Positions 14,323-28,200 of a DNA stretch of 64,000 bases are shown here, piece by piece. The translations under genes and the position numbers were made by a program. The notes under the pieces are model-generated. The model had not been told where the DNA came from and did no database searches. It saw nothing but the letters and a program-made list of their open reading frames with translations. The stretch is from NCBI GenBank assembly GCA_903813345.2, contig CAIIXF020000001.1, positions 3,596,001 through 3,660,000 on the forward strand. The letters are read 5' to 3'. Source of the DNA: Owenia fusiformis. Its lineage: Eukaryota. Each line of letters begins with the position of its first letter. The first letter of the stretch is position 1.

Positions 14323-15789
14323 AACAGAATGGATATGCTGAGAGATCATAATTTCAGATATGGAATAATACTGAGGCTTCTTTTAAGTAAATAGCTTGGT
14401 GGCTTTGAAATGATAAAAGTAATCAAACAAGAATAATTAATTATAAAACCACAAATGTGAAGAAGCATAGCAGAATCATTCCAATGCTAAATAAAGACAA
14501 ATGAAAATGAAAGGAAAGAAACAATCAAGGAAGAATGTTAGATACCTCAAGAATTTGGTGATATCCCTGATCATTGAGACTCAACCTACAATTCTCAATT
14601 CTCATTTTGATGGATAGCAACAATCCTAACAGCCTTTCTGTGTTCTATGAGATATCCAGTGACAATTCCAAGCAGATTCTAATGACTTGGGCAGATGGTC
14701 GAAAGCTGTAGAAATGTCAATGAGAAATCCCAGGTATTGGGTCAATTTAAGAAGGAATGCCTCTGTCCACATGAGGTGCAATAGGATAACAGTGATACAT
14801 CCTTATTCTCATCCTGGCATTGAAAATATACAGTGAGACCTCTAAAAATGAACAGTCTGGATCAAACTTGAAAACTCAAGCAAATCTAGAACTCAAAACA
14901 CCTCAGTAAAATTATTTCAGTTTTTTTGTAAATGTTTTTTTTCTGATATTTTAGATCAAAAACTCACAAAGAATTTGGCCAATTCATCTACAAAGTTCAT
15001 CAGTTTCAGTTAGGGAAGACAACCTTTAATAATCCCTTGATGAGCAACAAAGACTGTTATTCAACTGATAATAAGTTTCCAAAGTTCGGACTTCATTATG
15101 ATTTACCAAGAAATTAGTTTGGCACACAACTTAATATCAATCATGTTAGCTCTTATCTTGTGGTGAAAAACAAAGTTTATTGAAACAGTTTCAAATGAAT
15201 TTGAAGTTGATAAAAGATGTAAACAATGAAAATGTATCTATATACACATACATAGTGAATAACATTGATCGGTATATAAATGATGGATTGTAGTGCCCTT
15301 TCATAAATCTCACCCTTCCCTCTGGGCTTCATGGTATTGTTTTAAGCTTTACAAATTTTAACATTTTCAAAATGTAAATTTCTAATAAATAAATCTAAAT
15401 ATGAAATTCAGTCATCATATCATGTCAACTGTCTTATATTGCCACTGTGCCTCAGCAGTTAAGTATTTCAAGAAAGTCAACATCAACCCATTGTTAAATG
15501 TAATCCATTTATGTCAATACCTTAAGAGAATAATGAATTTCCACTTTGTGTGCCAACAGACTCGGGCAACAAAATTTACTAATTAAAACAATTATTTAAA
15601 TATTTTCAAATTGTCATAATGGAGTATTTACCTTGAGGCATTTGCTATTTAAGGAGGACCTAATGGTCTCAAGGAGGTGAGATAAATGGTCTGGACTCTA
15701 TGAGGAATACTAATAATGGATCACTCAAGTTGTAATTGGATAGAAACAATGATAATTCACAAAGTTGTTTGTAAGCACACATTAGGGAC

Positions 15790-15941
15790 TTAATCATTTT
15801 AATAGCATTTGCTCTCTTAGAAAGTAGAAAATATTTGACTTGGGATGTACATTTTAAAGGTGCATACTTGCCTTAAAGGGAATTTAATCATTTAAATAGC
15901 ATTTGTTCTGTTAGAAAGTAGAAAATACTGGACTTGGGATG
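15790..15941. repeat. Local direct duplication (~58 bp, 94-bp spacing)
   Basis: TTAATCATTT..TAGCATTTG..TTAGAAAGTAGAAAATA..GACTTGGGATG occurs at 15790 and 15884. Confidence 0.8.
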
Positions 15942-16003
15942 AATAAAATACAAAGGTGAGAATTACATGGACATCATATGGGATCATTTGTTCAAAGCTT
16001 ATA

Positions 16004-16109
16004 TAGTAAAACCATACCAGGTGTTCATATTTCAAGGTATCTTAACATTTGGTCAATTTAAATAAAAGTGTTCAAATAAGAGAGGTGTTCAAAAATATAG
16101 GTTTTACTG
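16004..16109. mobile_element. Tc1/mariner-pogo-type MITE remnant
   Basis: TA|TAGTAAAACC ... GGTTTTACTG|TA termini, with internal GTGTTCA repeats shared with other copies in the window. Confidence 0.6.
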
Positions 16110-19100
16110 TACCTGTTTAAATGTACTAAATAAATAAGTTCTCAAAGTGATCTTAAAATCCCCAAAGGCCAAGAAGGTAGTAGATAGACAACTCTCTTTT
16201 ATAGTCTTGCTTCAAGACTGTGGACCTCCTCCTCCTCTGTCCTTATCTACTTCACCAACATAATGTATGTAGTTGGGGGGGGGATTCACAAGGGCTTGGA
16301 GTTTAGACTCTTTTAAAACTATTGAAAATTACAATCCAAAAAAGGATGGCAGTTGAAATTGTTGTAGAGACAGTGCCGGTTAAAGCTGATTATAGTTAAG
16401 TAGAAATATTTATCAAGAACACTCATTTCATATTGACGGTGACTCTAAAAAGCATATAAAGTGGCTATTATCTTCTTATGTATCACTCATACCTGACACT
16501 GGTTTACCTCACTGATCCCTCATAAAACTCAACACAAGAAAATAACCAAGTTTTTCAGCTTATTGTTCAGGCAATATCATCCCTTCTATTTTAATAATTG
16601 GTGATTTACTGGAAATCCAAGATGCAACTTACCTCTGTGGCTATAGAATTGAACATAATATGAGATAGAGAGATTAAAAGAGACTTGATAAAGGAGTCCA
16701 TCAAGCTAGAAGGGGCATTATCAATCCCATTAATACCATAACACATCATCTGCAGGATATAAACAATAAGTGCAGCGATTACCTTGTCAATTTCATAAAA
16801 AATACATATTGACATACGGGTAAATTACTTGGATGCGACCTGGCGCAACTACAAGAGGTAATGTACCGGTACATCCATATGAAAACTTGAGATAACATTC
16901 TCAAAAATTGTTTATGGAGACATATCATGAACGAGTATATAAAAAACTTAAAGAGATGTAAATGGTATCTTTTTGATCAATGCTGGGCATAATTACTTGT
17001 CCCTAGTTTATTTTCATTTTTCCTGGGATCAATTAAAACTCCTTGGAGCGTGCTTGGCGCTGGATGGTCCAGTGTCAAAATGGTAATTACAGTGATTAAT
17101 GCTTTATTATAGAAAACTCATTAATCGATCTCCTGTGACCATTTTACAATAGATTGAAATTTCTTGAAAGCGTTGCTATGGCAACAGGGTAAATCTATAA
17201 ATCATGATGATTAATTAGGGACCACTTTAGCCGGGGAATCTATAGTTTAAGCGCCCCTATGTTGATCCTAGTTGACACAGTGAGATTACGAGGACTTTTG
17301 TGACATGTTATCCCAGAGGAAAAACATGGTTTAGAAAGGTGAATGTGGTTTCACAAAAACCCTTTTGTAAATTCTGCCCACACGTGTCTTTATTTAACTT
17401 CATAGAAATTTCAGTGACTGGCACATGTTTTTTACTCATACTTTTTCACCTGGAATATTAGTTTCTCTTATTTGAAAAAATGCCCTAGTACATAAAATAC
17501 AAACCAACGATGATGATGTCAAACTTCAATGCGCTCAACAATAATACGAGATAAATTATGAGGTGGCACTTTTATCTCCGCTACTTTCGCATAAAGCTCA
17601 TCTATTTGTATACAATTCATGACAGACCTTATGGTGTCATCTTAGATTAATGAGATTCATTATCGAAAATTAATGTAAATTTGAGCGAAGTAATCCCAGC
17701 CCAAGTAACCACTAGAAATGCATGAATCTGCATGTAATGATGATATATAAGCATGTAATTCTGCATGAGATAATCTGGCATCCAGAGATAATTAACTGAT
17801 TTGAAACTTGATCCTTGCAAGAGCAATGTGTCATCACAGTGTAAAGCATCCATTGTGTGTATGGTGTCTGAGATTTGAACGGTTGACACCTTATTGCTGT
17901 GGGTCTAAACAGTAGCTAACGCTCTCTAGCTTTAGCTATTGGTTTATAGGTTTTACCTTTGTTTTTATAGGATTAAGAGATTATGCTGAACAAATTGGGG
18001 GATTCACCTATATATATTGCGCTATCGTATTCCTAGATCGTATCTCAAGGCTCATCAATGCTATCGGAAGAATTCATCTGTTATATTTAAATGAAAAATG
18101 GATGTCAAAACATATTCTATTTTTTGGTTAAAATTAAGTTTCCTCAATATATCAAATTCAATTTTACAGTTCGATTATACAAATAAACATAAAGCAACAT
18201 TTTAAAAGACAAAAACAAATTTCCTTAACTCTTGAAACAAATTAATTTCTTCAGGAACTAAAATTTTCAGATACTGAATGACAGTTTTATTTAAGATATG
18301 TAACTTGGATAAAAACCCATGAAGAAAAAAGATTTTCATAAATATCATTTTCTCAGATGTATCATATTTACATACAGTATTACTTATTTGCGGAGCTTCA
18401 TGTTATTACTGTTATAGGAGCCTCATTCTGACATCTCTTAGCAGGCGATATCTTGACCAGAATCTGCTTATCTACAATCGCCAATGGCAGAAACCTGTTA
18501 CGAGAAAGTTTACATTAAGAAAAACCTCTATAAAGATTTAAAGGTGATAAAATGGGATAAAGAACTGCAAATAAGCCAAATGATTGAGGTATTAACTTAC
18601 GAAACTGTTTTTTGTTTCACCTGGTTTTACCTCTCAGACCATATGGGTAAAATGTCAAAATGAGCAGGAAAAAATCTAAACTGATGTATTTCTAATAAAA
18701 ACAATGTTTTGGTTCTGTAATCAATTGGATAGAAATGTAACGAAAGAAGGATGTTCGTTCATAACATAGAAACATACATCTCTATTAGCTGCACTCAGGA
18801 GATCATTTATAGAAACAAAAAACAGTTTTTCATCAGAACAAATCATTACTTTTGCATTAAGGCTTTTTTATATTTTATTCTAGTCTATCATGATGAATGA
18901 TTGAGGATCCAGTTATCCCTAATCATGTTTAAGATCCTAGTGAGGCACATAGCTGGGCATATAGCCCAGGTTAATTTACTGCAAACATACACTGATATTC
19001 CAAGATTACGAGATAGTGAACGTAAAATTAGGAAGTCATAAATACTCAGTTTGTACACTTTTATATCATGATTGCAAGAGTTGGTTTGCTTGTTTGATGT

Positions 19101-19585
19101 CATGTTTGTTTGTATGTTTGTATTTATTTAGGCCTACTTGTTTGTTTTTGCAGATGACATAACTTCCTGCCTATCCCCAAATGAATTCATCAATTACATG
19201 TGAAATGGAAATACATACATGTACCTATTAGAAAATGGAACTTATCTAATATGAATTCAGTTAGTTGGATAAATCTACTTACCTTTTCATATCTTATAAC
19301 ATATAAGAGATAAACTAGATCACAACATTGCTTTTAACCTGATAAACCCCTTCAACTCTAAATGTATCCTAAGACATGACTTGGAATAAAATATTATTAC
19401 TTCTCAGGTTTCAATGTTGAAACTTTCACATAAACCCTTTTCAATAACTTGATTTCTCTTTTTAATTTAGAGTTTCTAGGAAACGCTACTTACCTCTGGA
19501 CTTACATACATGATTCACTACATATACGAGGGGTGATTAATAAGTTACGATTTTTATATCTCCATTAATGTATCACACATCTACT

Positions 19586-19716
19586 AATCAACCATTGAAA
19601 TTAGAAAGAAAATCATCTATCAACCATTGAAATGAGAAGAAAACCATAGAAATAAGAAAAGATCATCCATCAACCATTGAAATAAGAGAGAAAATCATCA
19701 ATCAACCATTGAAATT
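19586..19716. repeat. Tandem repeat with ATCAACCATTGAAAT core, 4 copies
   Basis: The core is seen four times at roughly 31-50 bp spacing. Confidence 0.75.
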
Positions 19717-21564
19717 AAAAAGAAAAAAAAAATTCTCGTCCTTTGGCATTATGTAACCCGTTCATGAAACTGCAGACAGATCCAAAACAATTGATTGGTA
19801 AAAGTAAATAAATATGGTGGAATATTCTTATGTTCTTTGGTTCAGCTTACTTAATTCTCTAGTTAAATTAAAAAGCCAGGTTTGATAAATTCAGGAATCC
19901 ATTTTACAAATAAGGTTATTAGGATAGGAAAATATCACCTTACTGGCCGTCATATAGGTTCTTATAGCTGCTTCACCTGACAAATGAGTTGGGAGTGTAA
20001 TGGAGTATGTTTACTGTTATTGTCTTGTTGCTGTCATCCATAAGGGACAGAAGCTATCATCATAACATTTACCTAAGATAAACTTTAAATGGAGGTTAAA
20101 ACACTGTGTTTTGTAGACAGATGCCATATAATATCATCTGGACTGTTGCACTTTGGCAAGATGATACTCACTCGTCATTCATGGCGTTTATCCGACATTT
20201 TGTACAGTGTATAATGATTTTTGTCAGTTTATGTTCCTCAATTGTCCTAAAAGTATATAATAACTGAGTTGGATCAAAAATCATCAGAGCCAGAGGTAGA
20301 CTGGGCCAGTTATATACCTCTGGTTGACCAATCAAAATAGAATGACTGAACAATGACTATAACAATTTCAATAGTCCATAGTTTGAACAATGACTATTAC
20401 AATAACAATTTCAAAACTGAACACTGCATAACCGTTGTTCACATTAGACAGGTTATAATAGTTATATACCTGTTGTCTACAATAATTGATGTAATCCCAA
20501 GTTAGAAGAACATGTTTCCATTAGTAGAAACAGTCAAGAAAGTGAGGAAATGCCTATCTTTTACAAATGTAGAAAATATGTTCCATGTCTAAAAGACTTA
20601 TGGCCCAAGTCAATCAAGTCCGTATACCCATACATCACTCTGATCCAGGCAGGCAAACTAGCCACTTCACCAAGATAAAAACATATAACAAAGTAGATGG
20701 CGGAAATTTATTTTCCGAAAAGACCTTTCAAAATACATACTTTACAAGTATTATCCATTTGTAAACTTAATAATCGTAACCTATTATCATGTTATTATTA
20801 CAATTCAAGACTATTTTGCCAAGATTTCACATTACAGGGACACTGGTAATCACCGTGTGGATATTGAAGTTATGTCAGCAAGGAGTGTAATCTGGCAGTC
20901 TATGTTGAAGCCCCTCGATGTGACCACTGAGTCTAGAGAGCTTTAGAGGGTGACACACGTAGCTGGTTAACATGTCACTCCTATGTCTAACCACCATAGC
21001 AACACAAACATAAAGTCAAATGCCACCAACAAAGTCAATCCCAATAAAACTGCTATAAAATAATAATTTTATGAAAAAGGAAATCCCTTTTTGGACGTTG
21101 TCTATCTGAAGCCAAGTACAGGACATGTTAATATTGTTCCTAGTCTCCTAAAGGAGAAAGTTTCTCTGTAATAGCATCAATTTTGAATTTTCAATATCAA
21201 CATACATTTTTAAGGCTGTATGATCCTAAGACTAAGAGTATGTTTTATACAGAGAAAAGAACAAAGGTGAATTGTGTAAGACTTTACATTGTATCTATCA
21301 GATTAAGACATCACATTTGTTTTTCTAGCTGCATTTTAAGTGTATACAACAGGGGTATATCATGTTCCCAGGTATATCACCTTACCTATCTCTATTAGAC
21401 AATGGTCTTACAAATTAGCAAAGCTCTTAACAATAAGCTCAGGTGATCGTCCTAATATTCCACAACATGTTGATGAGAGACCATTTGAACATTATGGCTG
21501 AACATATATGAAGTTGACCATACCCTGATTGACACCATCCTTCTTCAAAGGACTTCATTTATGC

Positions 21565-22640
21565 TTAAATGCAGCAAGGGTGGATTGACACTTTAGGTCT
21601 GTTAATTCTTTGTACATTTTGTATATCAACATTAATCATTCCAGGTTTCACTCTAACAGTATACACATCTTCAAAGATTTTCCGCACATGGAGGAGGGGC
21701 CAACGTATCTCAAATCTCTTTGAACAAAATTTTCCCCATCACTCAAACTCCAGGTTGATGTTGCATTTTAACTTGTTTGTGTGAAGAAACAAGAATTATA
21801 AACATACACATATGCTGGATAACATGCCAAATGGACCATTTCTATCAATTCTATCTTATGAAATGCACGCACATGTAGAAGAGGTCTGAGGGTATAACAA
21901 GAGGGGCTCACCAAAAGTAAACCCAATTTTCGATTCAATTGGACCAATCTTCTTCGCAATTGTGGTACCTACATGATCACAAACATGTCTAATGCAGTTT
22001 ACTATTTTCTGATTTTGTAGTTTGTTTGCAATTTTGTATGTAAGTGGTATACTTGTAACTCCATTGCCATCAACTTAAAGCATGTCATCTCTCCAAGTGA
22101 AGTCCCCTCTTCGCATGCTGTCTCCTCTTTAAGTTCATCCTCAAGGTCATTTCCTTTGTTATGATATGGTGGGAGAAGGGGGGGGATGGCAGGTGAGTCA
22201 CTCATACACCTTCGATGGCTTCTACTGGTTTTCTCCAAGTTATATTTTCTTGGATAGTTCCTCCCAAGTGCTACTCAGGTATGATAGGACTGATTCTAGA
22301 GTCTCTTGTTATCGGGATATGGAGATAAAAACTCAGATATGTTGGTATAAGTGCCTCTCCTGGTATAGGCTGACATATGTCTGTTTTTTAACATACCATC
22401 CTAGCTTTATTAGTTTGCTATCTTTTAGACTTATATCCTCCTAAAATCGTCTAAATTCCATGGTTGCTATATGTAAAATTCACACTCTCCTATTATTTAA
22501 GGATTGTCCAATATTTAGTTTTTGGCATCCTATTGAAATTTGGTACATATAAATACTGTATAATAAATCATTGGTCTATCCTGGATCCAAACACTTGTAA
22601 CTCAATTTTAGTTTGGTCTATGGTGTTACATGATCACATC
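21565..22640 (-). pseudogene. Possible degraded coding relic of unknown (TE or viral) origin
   Basis: Minus frame 22074->21565 has 170 codons with only 3 internal stops. Adjacent upstream frames read as protein-like with apparent frameshifts. No family recognised. Confidence 0.3.
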
Positions 22641-22852
22641 AAATAAACTAGCTTCAGTTTTAATTCATAATCTTTGAAAAGCAAATAAAGATTCCTATAA
22701 AATTTAATTGACCATAATAACTTTTAATTAATAATACAGCAGAAGTTGAAATAACGCTTCAATGTCTTCACTAGAAAATTTTGATATTGTTGCTATAGAA
22801 GCTGTTACTGTAACAACTACTGTCAGCATGGTAACATTCATTTGTAACTTAC

Positions 22853-22904
22853 CCCGCAGCAGCAGGTCCGCTTTGTGGAGCAGCAATTACGGCAACCAGG
22901 AGCA
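22853..22904 (-). CDS. 52-nt micro-exon, (V)LLVAVIAAPQSGPAAA(G); alternative frame APGCRNCCSTKRTCCCG
   Basis: Minus strand reads ttttttgtattttatttccag|TGCTCC...GCTGCGGG|gtaagtta. Strong acceptor, perfect donor, about 60% GC island. Its phase-2 end joins in frame to exon 8276-8319. Confidence 0.7.
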
Positions 22905-24759
22905 CTGGAAATAAAATACAAAAAACATTAAATCTACTGTATAATACAGATGACATCACAACCATGTGATTTATATGTTTCCTTGCTCCAGTTGTTGCTT
23001 CGTATTCATGAATGCAGCTAAAATATACAATCTTCCTAACAGTAAATTTGAATTTTGGTTGCCTCTTAAATCCATGTTCTGTATGCAATATCTATAATAT
23101 CTAAAATATATGTAGTTGATACATACAATTTGTTGTTATTGATGGTTATTGATAGAAATGACGCACAATTTTCCTTTGTTTGTGCAGGCACGTAGAATAC
23201 AATGCAATGTCACCCAAAGCAAGGGAAGACTGAGTCATGGAATTCTGAGGATGGCACATGATTAATGATCTATCTACGTATAATGAAATGCAATGTACTT
23301 ATAATCTTAGAGATGAAAATACTAATCAGAATGACACTCTGGACATTTCAAGAAATGAGGATGAACAGATAACAAAAAATCACAAAAACCAACTAAACAA
23401 TATGTATAAAGAATTAGATATAGGCTTATCATACATTCAAAATACAGGAACAAGGAGGCATATTTTCCAACAGGTTGATTAGAATTTGTAAATAACATTT
23501 TGAATGAATCTGAAGTGAACAGTTGGTTAATTTGAGTTTATGTTTGTTTTCTAGTATTGCCACATGTGCTTTATAATTCAGCACATATTGTGGAATTATT
23601 TCTATCAAACGGAGTGTACCATCTGAAAGGTTCATAATAAAGTGTCAGTCTGATGATGTTTACTCGTGAATGTCCCTCCAATAGATCTACCAAGATGTAT
23701 GGCTCTATATTACGATGGAATAGCATTTTGCGTGACATCTCGCGGCCTCGATAAGAATTTGTCACATTCTTTTATAATCCTATTCAAAAGTTGATATTAT
23801 AAAAGCATAACATTGCATGGCAGCAAAAAAAATTTGAAAAATAAAAAATTAACATGAATTCAACTGATTTGTTTAGTTAAGTATGACACATCTAGAAAAA
23901 TAAACAAACCAATAGTAATTATACTCAATACATTAATACAACATTCAGCAGTTACAATCTTATTACAGTAACCTATATCTGTGTTAATTCATTGATCATA
24001 TGTCATATTAAATGCACTACATGCCAGGTAGGGTTTTTTACCTCTCATGAGACAAACCAACTGCGCAAAAGTAAATTAATTTGCCTGTTAATTCTGCGAT
24101 TTAAACGGGTGACACTTAGACAAAGAAACTGTATCAATAGAACTGGGAGTCGAGAAAGGGACCTCTGAGAAGCTGTTTGAAGCAAAAGGTAAAGCATGTG
24201 CTCATATTGGCAAAGTTCTATGGATTGAATATGATCCTAAGGGACTTGCAATATACTCATAGCCCATTTCAATTATCAACTCTGACCCAGAGGTCACTTA
24301 TACATATAACTATACATACTTATACATACTATGAGTACAACAAGGTAATAAGGCATTTATTTACATTTGGAAATTTCCGTTTCAGTAAAAACTCATATAC
24401 CATTGACATATTTTCTTGATGGAATAATTGGAGCAATATTTCAGAAAGAAATATAAAATCAGTACTTGAGATACCTCATATCTGATAATACATAACACAA
24501 ATGTCCTTTCACCTGCCAAGTTTAGAAGTCATCATAGTCCCTTGTCTCACAATAAGTGACATTATATATGAGGGTTTCGCTGTTGTTAATAAGACATACG
24601 TTAACAAGAGATATTCACAAAAAAAGTTGACACATGTACCATATATATCCCATAATGAATGATAAGAATCTATACAGATGACAGCCGGCTAATGAAGTTT
24701 TTTTCCCCAACTCATTGAAGTATAGTATACTCGTAAATATTAAACCAATTATTTGCGAT

Positions 24760-25253
24760 TTAAAAGGCTGTGCTATTGAGCATTTTAGAATTTTTATCCT
24801 TTTTTAATATTTTTTAGCCTGCAGATGTATGTGACCTAAATTCTTACAAAAATGTTGATTTTCAAAGAAATGCTTTATATTAAGCAAAGAAAGAATCGTG
24901 ACATCATCTCTGGTATATTCTTTTTACTAGATTATTGAAAAATTACCAACAAATTGAGATGCATTTGTTGTAAAAAGTGATCAACAAAAGCCTCTCTCTG
25001 AATATTTATTGTTACAAAAAGTAGACGCGGACAGATCGTATTCCCAGCATTCATTGCTATAAAACATGACCCCTTGTGCGGACAATATGGCGATTATTAT
25101 AAAAGATTAATAATTTATCGACTGATTAAGAAAAATAGCTCTGGCAGGTTTTCAGGCTCCAATAATAATTATTTTTTATTGAATTTTTTAACAACTGAGA
25201 CTTACAAAAAATCAGTATGAGAGCGTAACGATCAATGCTCACTAAATTCCTTT
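24760..25253. mobile_element. Old Kolobok-like MITE remnant
   Basis: Left TTAAAAGG..TTGAGCATT vs right AATGCTCA..CCTTT imperfect inverted termini, with a CpG-containing core (25020-25100). Confidence 0.35.
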
Positions 25254-28200
25254 CTGAAATATTCTTACAGTGAAGACTCTCTTGAGAAAAAATTGCATGG
25301 CATGGTGTAAGAAGCAGGAACTACTGTTTTAACTCGCATATCTTAATTCCATTTTTTAATCTCATCGCTTGTTGATTTTTGCCTGGATATATCTAAAACC
25401 ACCCAGTATAATTAACGACCTAGCAGGGAAAGTGTTGAAATTGATTGCTTGTGTTGAAAATGATTCACTGAACATTTGTTACTTGCATTTACTTCCTACT
25501 TTCTACCTGTACATTAAGCCAAAAAATCACATTTTTTCTAACAGTAGTTAAAATGCAATCAATTTGTATAATGATTCCAAATCCATCCATCATGATGAAA
25601 AATAGATACTTACCATCATTAACAGTGGCTTAAATAGTCTATTATACCTGAGTTGAGGAAATTAAAAAGAATAGTTTAAAATAAACAGATTACAGCTCTG
25701 AATAAACATAGTAAAAAATGAGGAAGTTGAGAAGAACCAAGATTAAGAAAGTGAGACCCAGGCCCCTTTCTCTGGTATCTTGAAGGAAGGTGTATAACAC
25801 AGCGCTCAAGGCACGAATCCATTTAAAGGCACAGTTGACTGAACAAATGGATGCAAGTACTAATGACAAAACTAACCCTGGTTTTATTTTACTGGCTCCA
25901 ATGTGGTTTATGAAATGTGTTCATTACCATATTTGTTCCAAGTGAAATCAACCTGAAGTTTTTTTGTATCTGGTATAAGGTCAAATCTTAACTGATGATA
26001 TGTTTTAAGGTTTCAATGCTCAACTGGTAAAAAGGAGAAGACCCTAGAAAATAACTTATTTTGAACTGTTTACACGATTTCATTATTTTTGAATTTGTTT
26101 TCTTACAATGTATTTATTTGTTGTTACTTGTAAGAGGGGGTGAAAGAGGTAAATAGCACATAATTATATATGTACTCTTCAATCCTTTTTGCATACATTT
26201 TATAATTTAAGTGTCGCATGAGAAAAAAGCTTGTCTCAGCTTGATATATTTCAGAAACAGTTTACAGTTTGATTAAATGTCTGACTTCGTTTGATACAAT
26301 AATATTTTATATTCAATAATAACTCACTCCTTTGTAACAAAAAATCAAGTTTCAAAGGTGTTGAACATCAAAGCGGTTTATTCAATAGCAAAACGGAATA
26401 GGTATTGAGATGAGAACTAAAGCCAAGGGAGAAACACGAAATTTCTTCCCTCCACGAACAACATTCACTCTCCAAACCACTTAAGAAAAATAATTACATC
26501 TTATTTGATCATAAGATATATCTTAAGTAAATCTTTATCTGAATTGATCCAAATTTTATTACATTTTTATATTTCTTTGAGATTAATTGTCGGGAAGCAC
26601 AATAAAATATTCCTGTTCGTCAGCACACCATACAACATACCATATGGGGGTGTAAAATGAGTTTCTACAATTCTATTGACTATAAAGATACTGTTATTGA
26701 CAAGACCATAGAATTAAGATCTCAAATGGCTTGAGCTCAACTCAAGTACAAAATCATAAAAATAAATATATTAATGTTATGGGAAAGCACTGTGACCCTA
26801 AGAACTAAAGGCTAATACAGTGGGATGAATCAATTTTATAAACATTATTAAACAAGAACATTGAGTTCATATTTTCTGTTCAATCATGACCAACATGCAG
26901 ATTGTGAATGAAAGACAGTTATTCTTATTCCTAATTCAGCTTTTCTATGAAAGTAACTATATTTAATGACTTGATTCAATTACTATCAAGTCTGAAAGTC
27001 TATTGTGTTTTACATGCTTGGTGATCGAGCCACTGCACAAAGTTGCTAGTAGGCACGCCATGTCCATTTGGACACAAAAGATACCTTAAATAGACAGTTG
27101 GAGACTATAATTGACACTTTGTCCTCTCATTTGTACTCTATTAGACGCAGTGATCCCAGCTGATAGAAGATCATACATGCATGTATAAACTTGGATTTGA
27201 GACCTCTAAAGAATTAGAAATTGAACATAGAAAACAAATTATTCAAAATCCAGAGTATACAGTATTATACTTGATATTCAAATTCTTATTTTTATCCTAG
27301 AATGTGCAATCAATAATAATCTGAGACAGCATTCAATCTAAATAAAAAATCATAAAAAAACACATTTATATCACATTTGAATGATTTTCCAAGCTGTTTC
27401 CAGTCCCATATATCACTATTTTCAATTTCTATACCCTCATTGCAACTCCCATAATATCAATTTCATTAGCAAGCACCGTGATGATTGTATTTTCCTAGTA
27501 GAACATAATGGTGATGTGATCTACTATATTCAATGTGATAAGTGTCAATGAAAGATCTCAGCCAGAATACGGATCAATACAGGAACTGATTGATTTAACG
27601 TTGATGAAATCTTTAGGAAATACTACACTATTTTATATACATGTACAATTATTTGATCGCAGAGGATTTATGACCAGAGCTGATTTCTAAGGCATCAGAT
27701 GTTTTACGATATTTTACAATTAATTTTCTGACAATTTAAATCTCTTGTTATTTCTTAACCAGTATTATTATCTTACATGGTCAGATATATAAAAACTGCA
27801 TGTTGCAAGAACACATGACTCAAATATGAAACTACCAGTATTATCAAACATACATGGAACCAACATCTATTTAATCATTACTTATTGTGAAATGCCTACA
27901 TCTATGCTATAAACTGCATACCATGACAAAAGACAAATAAGTGTTCAGGGAGTCAGAGTGCCTTTTCTTCTAATTTCTCTTGGGGATCAAACCTGTAATA
28001 TAATTTGATAGAAAATGAGATTCTCAAAAAACAAATTCTCTCCAGAAATTAACCACATATAGGTGACCATGTAGAGAGAGCAGAAGGCGTCGAAAGTCAT
28101 TAATTTTCATTAATTATGGTAGGTAAACCTCTGGAGCCTCGGTTGTGAATGGCCAACTAATTCCTTAATCAAATATTTTAGTCACAATTAGTATATAACC

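Noticed and set aside
16633-16749. 117-nt open minus-strand segment with ctgcag|...|gtaagt
   Set aside because: AT-rich like the background, unrecognisable peptide, and its open frame is phase 0-0, incompatible with the neighbouring micro-exons. Cannot be supported without RNA data.
19525-19546. TACGAGGGGTGATTAATAAGTT mariner-like terminus
   Set aside because: No matching opposite end or transposase remnant nearby.
23170-23770. Cluster of short overlapping ORFs on both strands
   Set aside because: No coherent frame or recognisable motif; may be old TE debris but cannot be supported.
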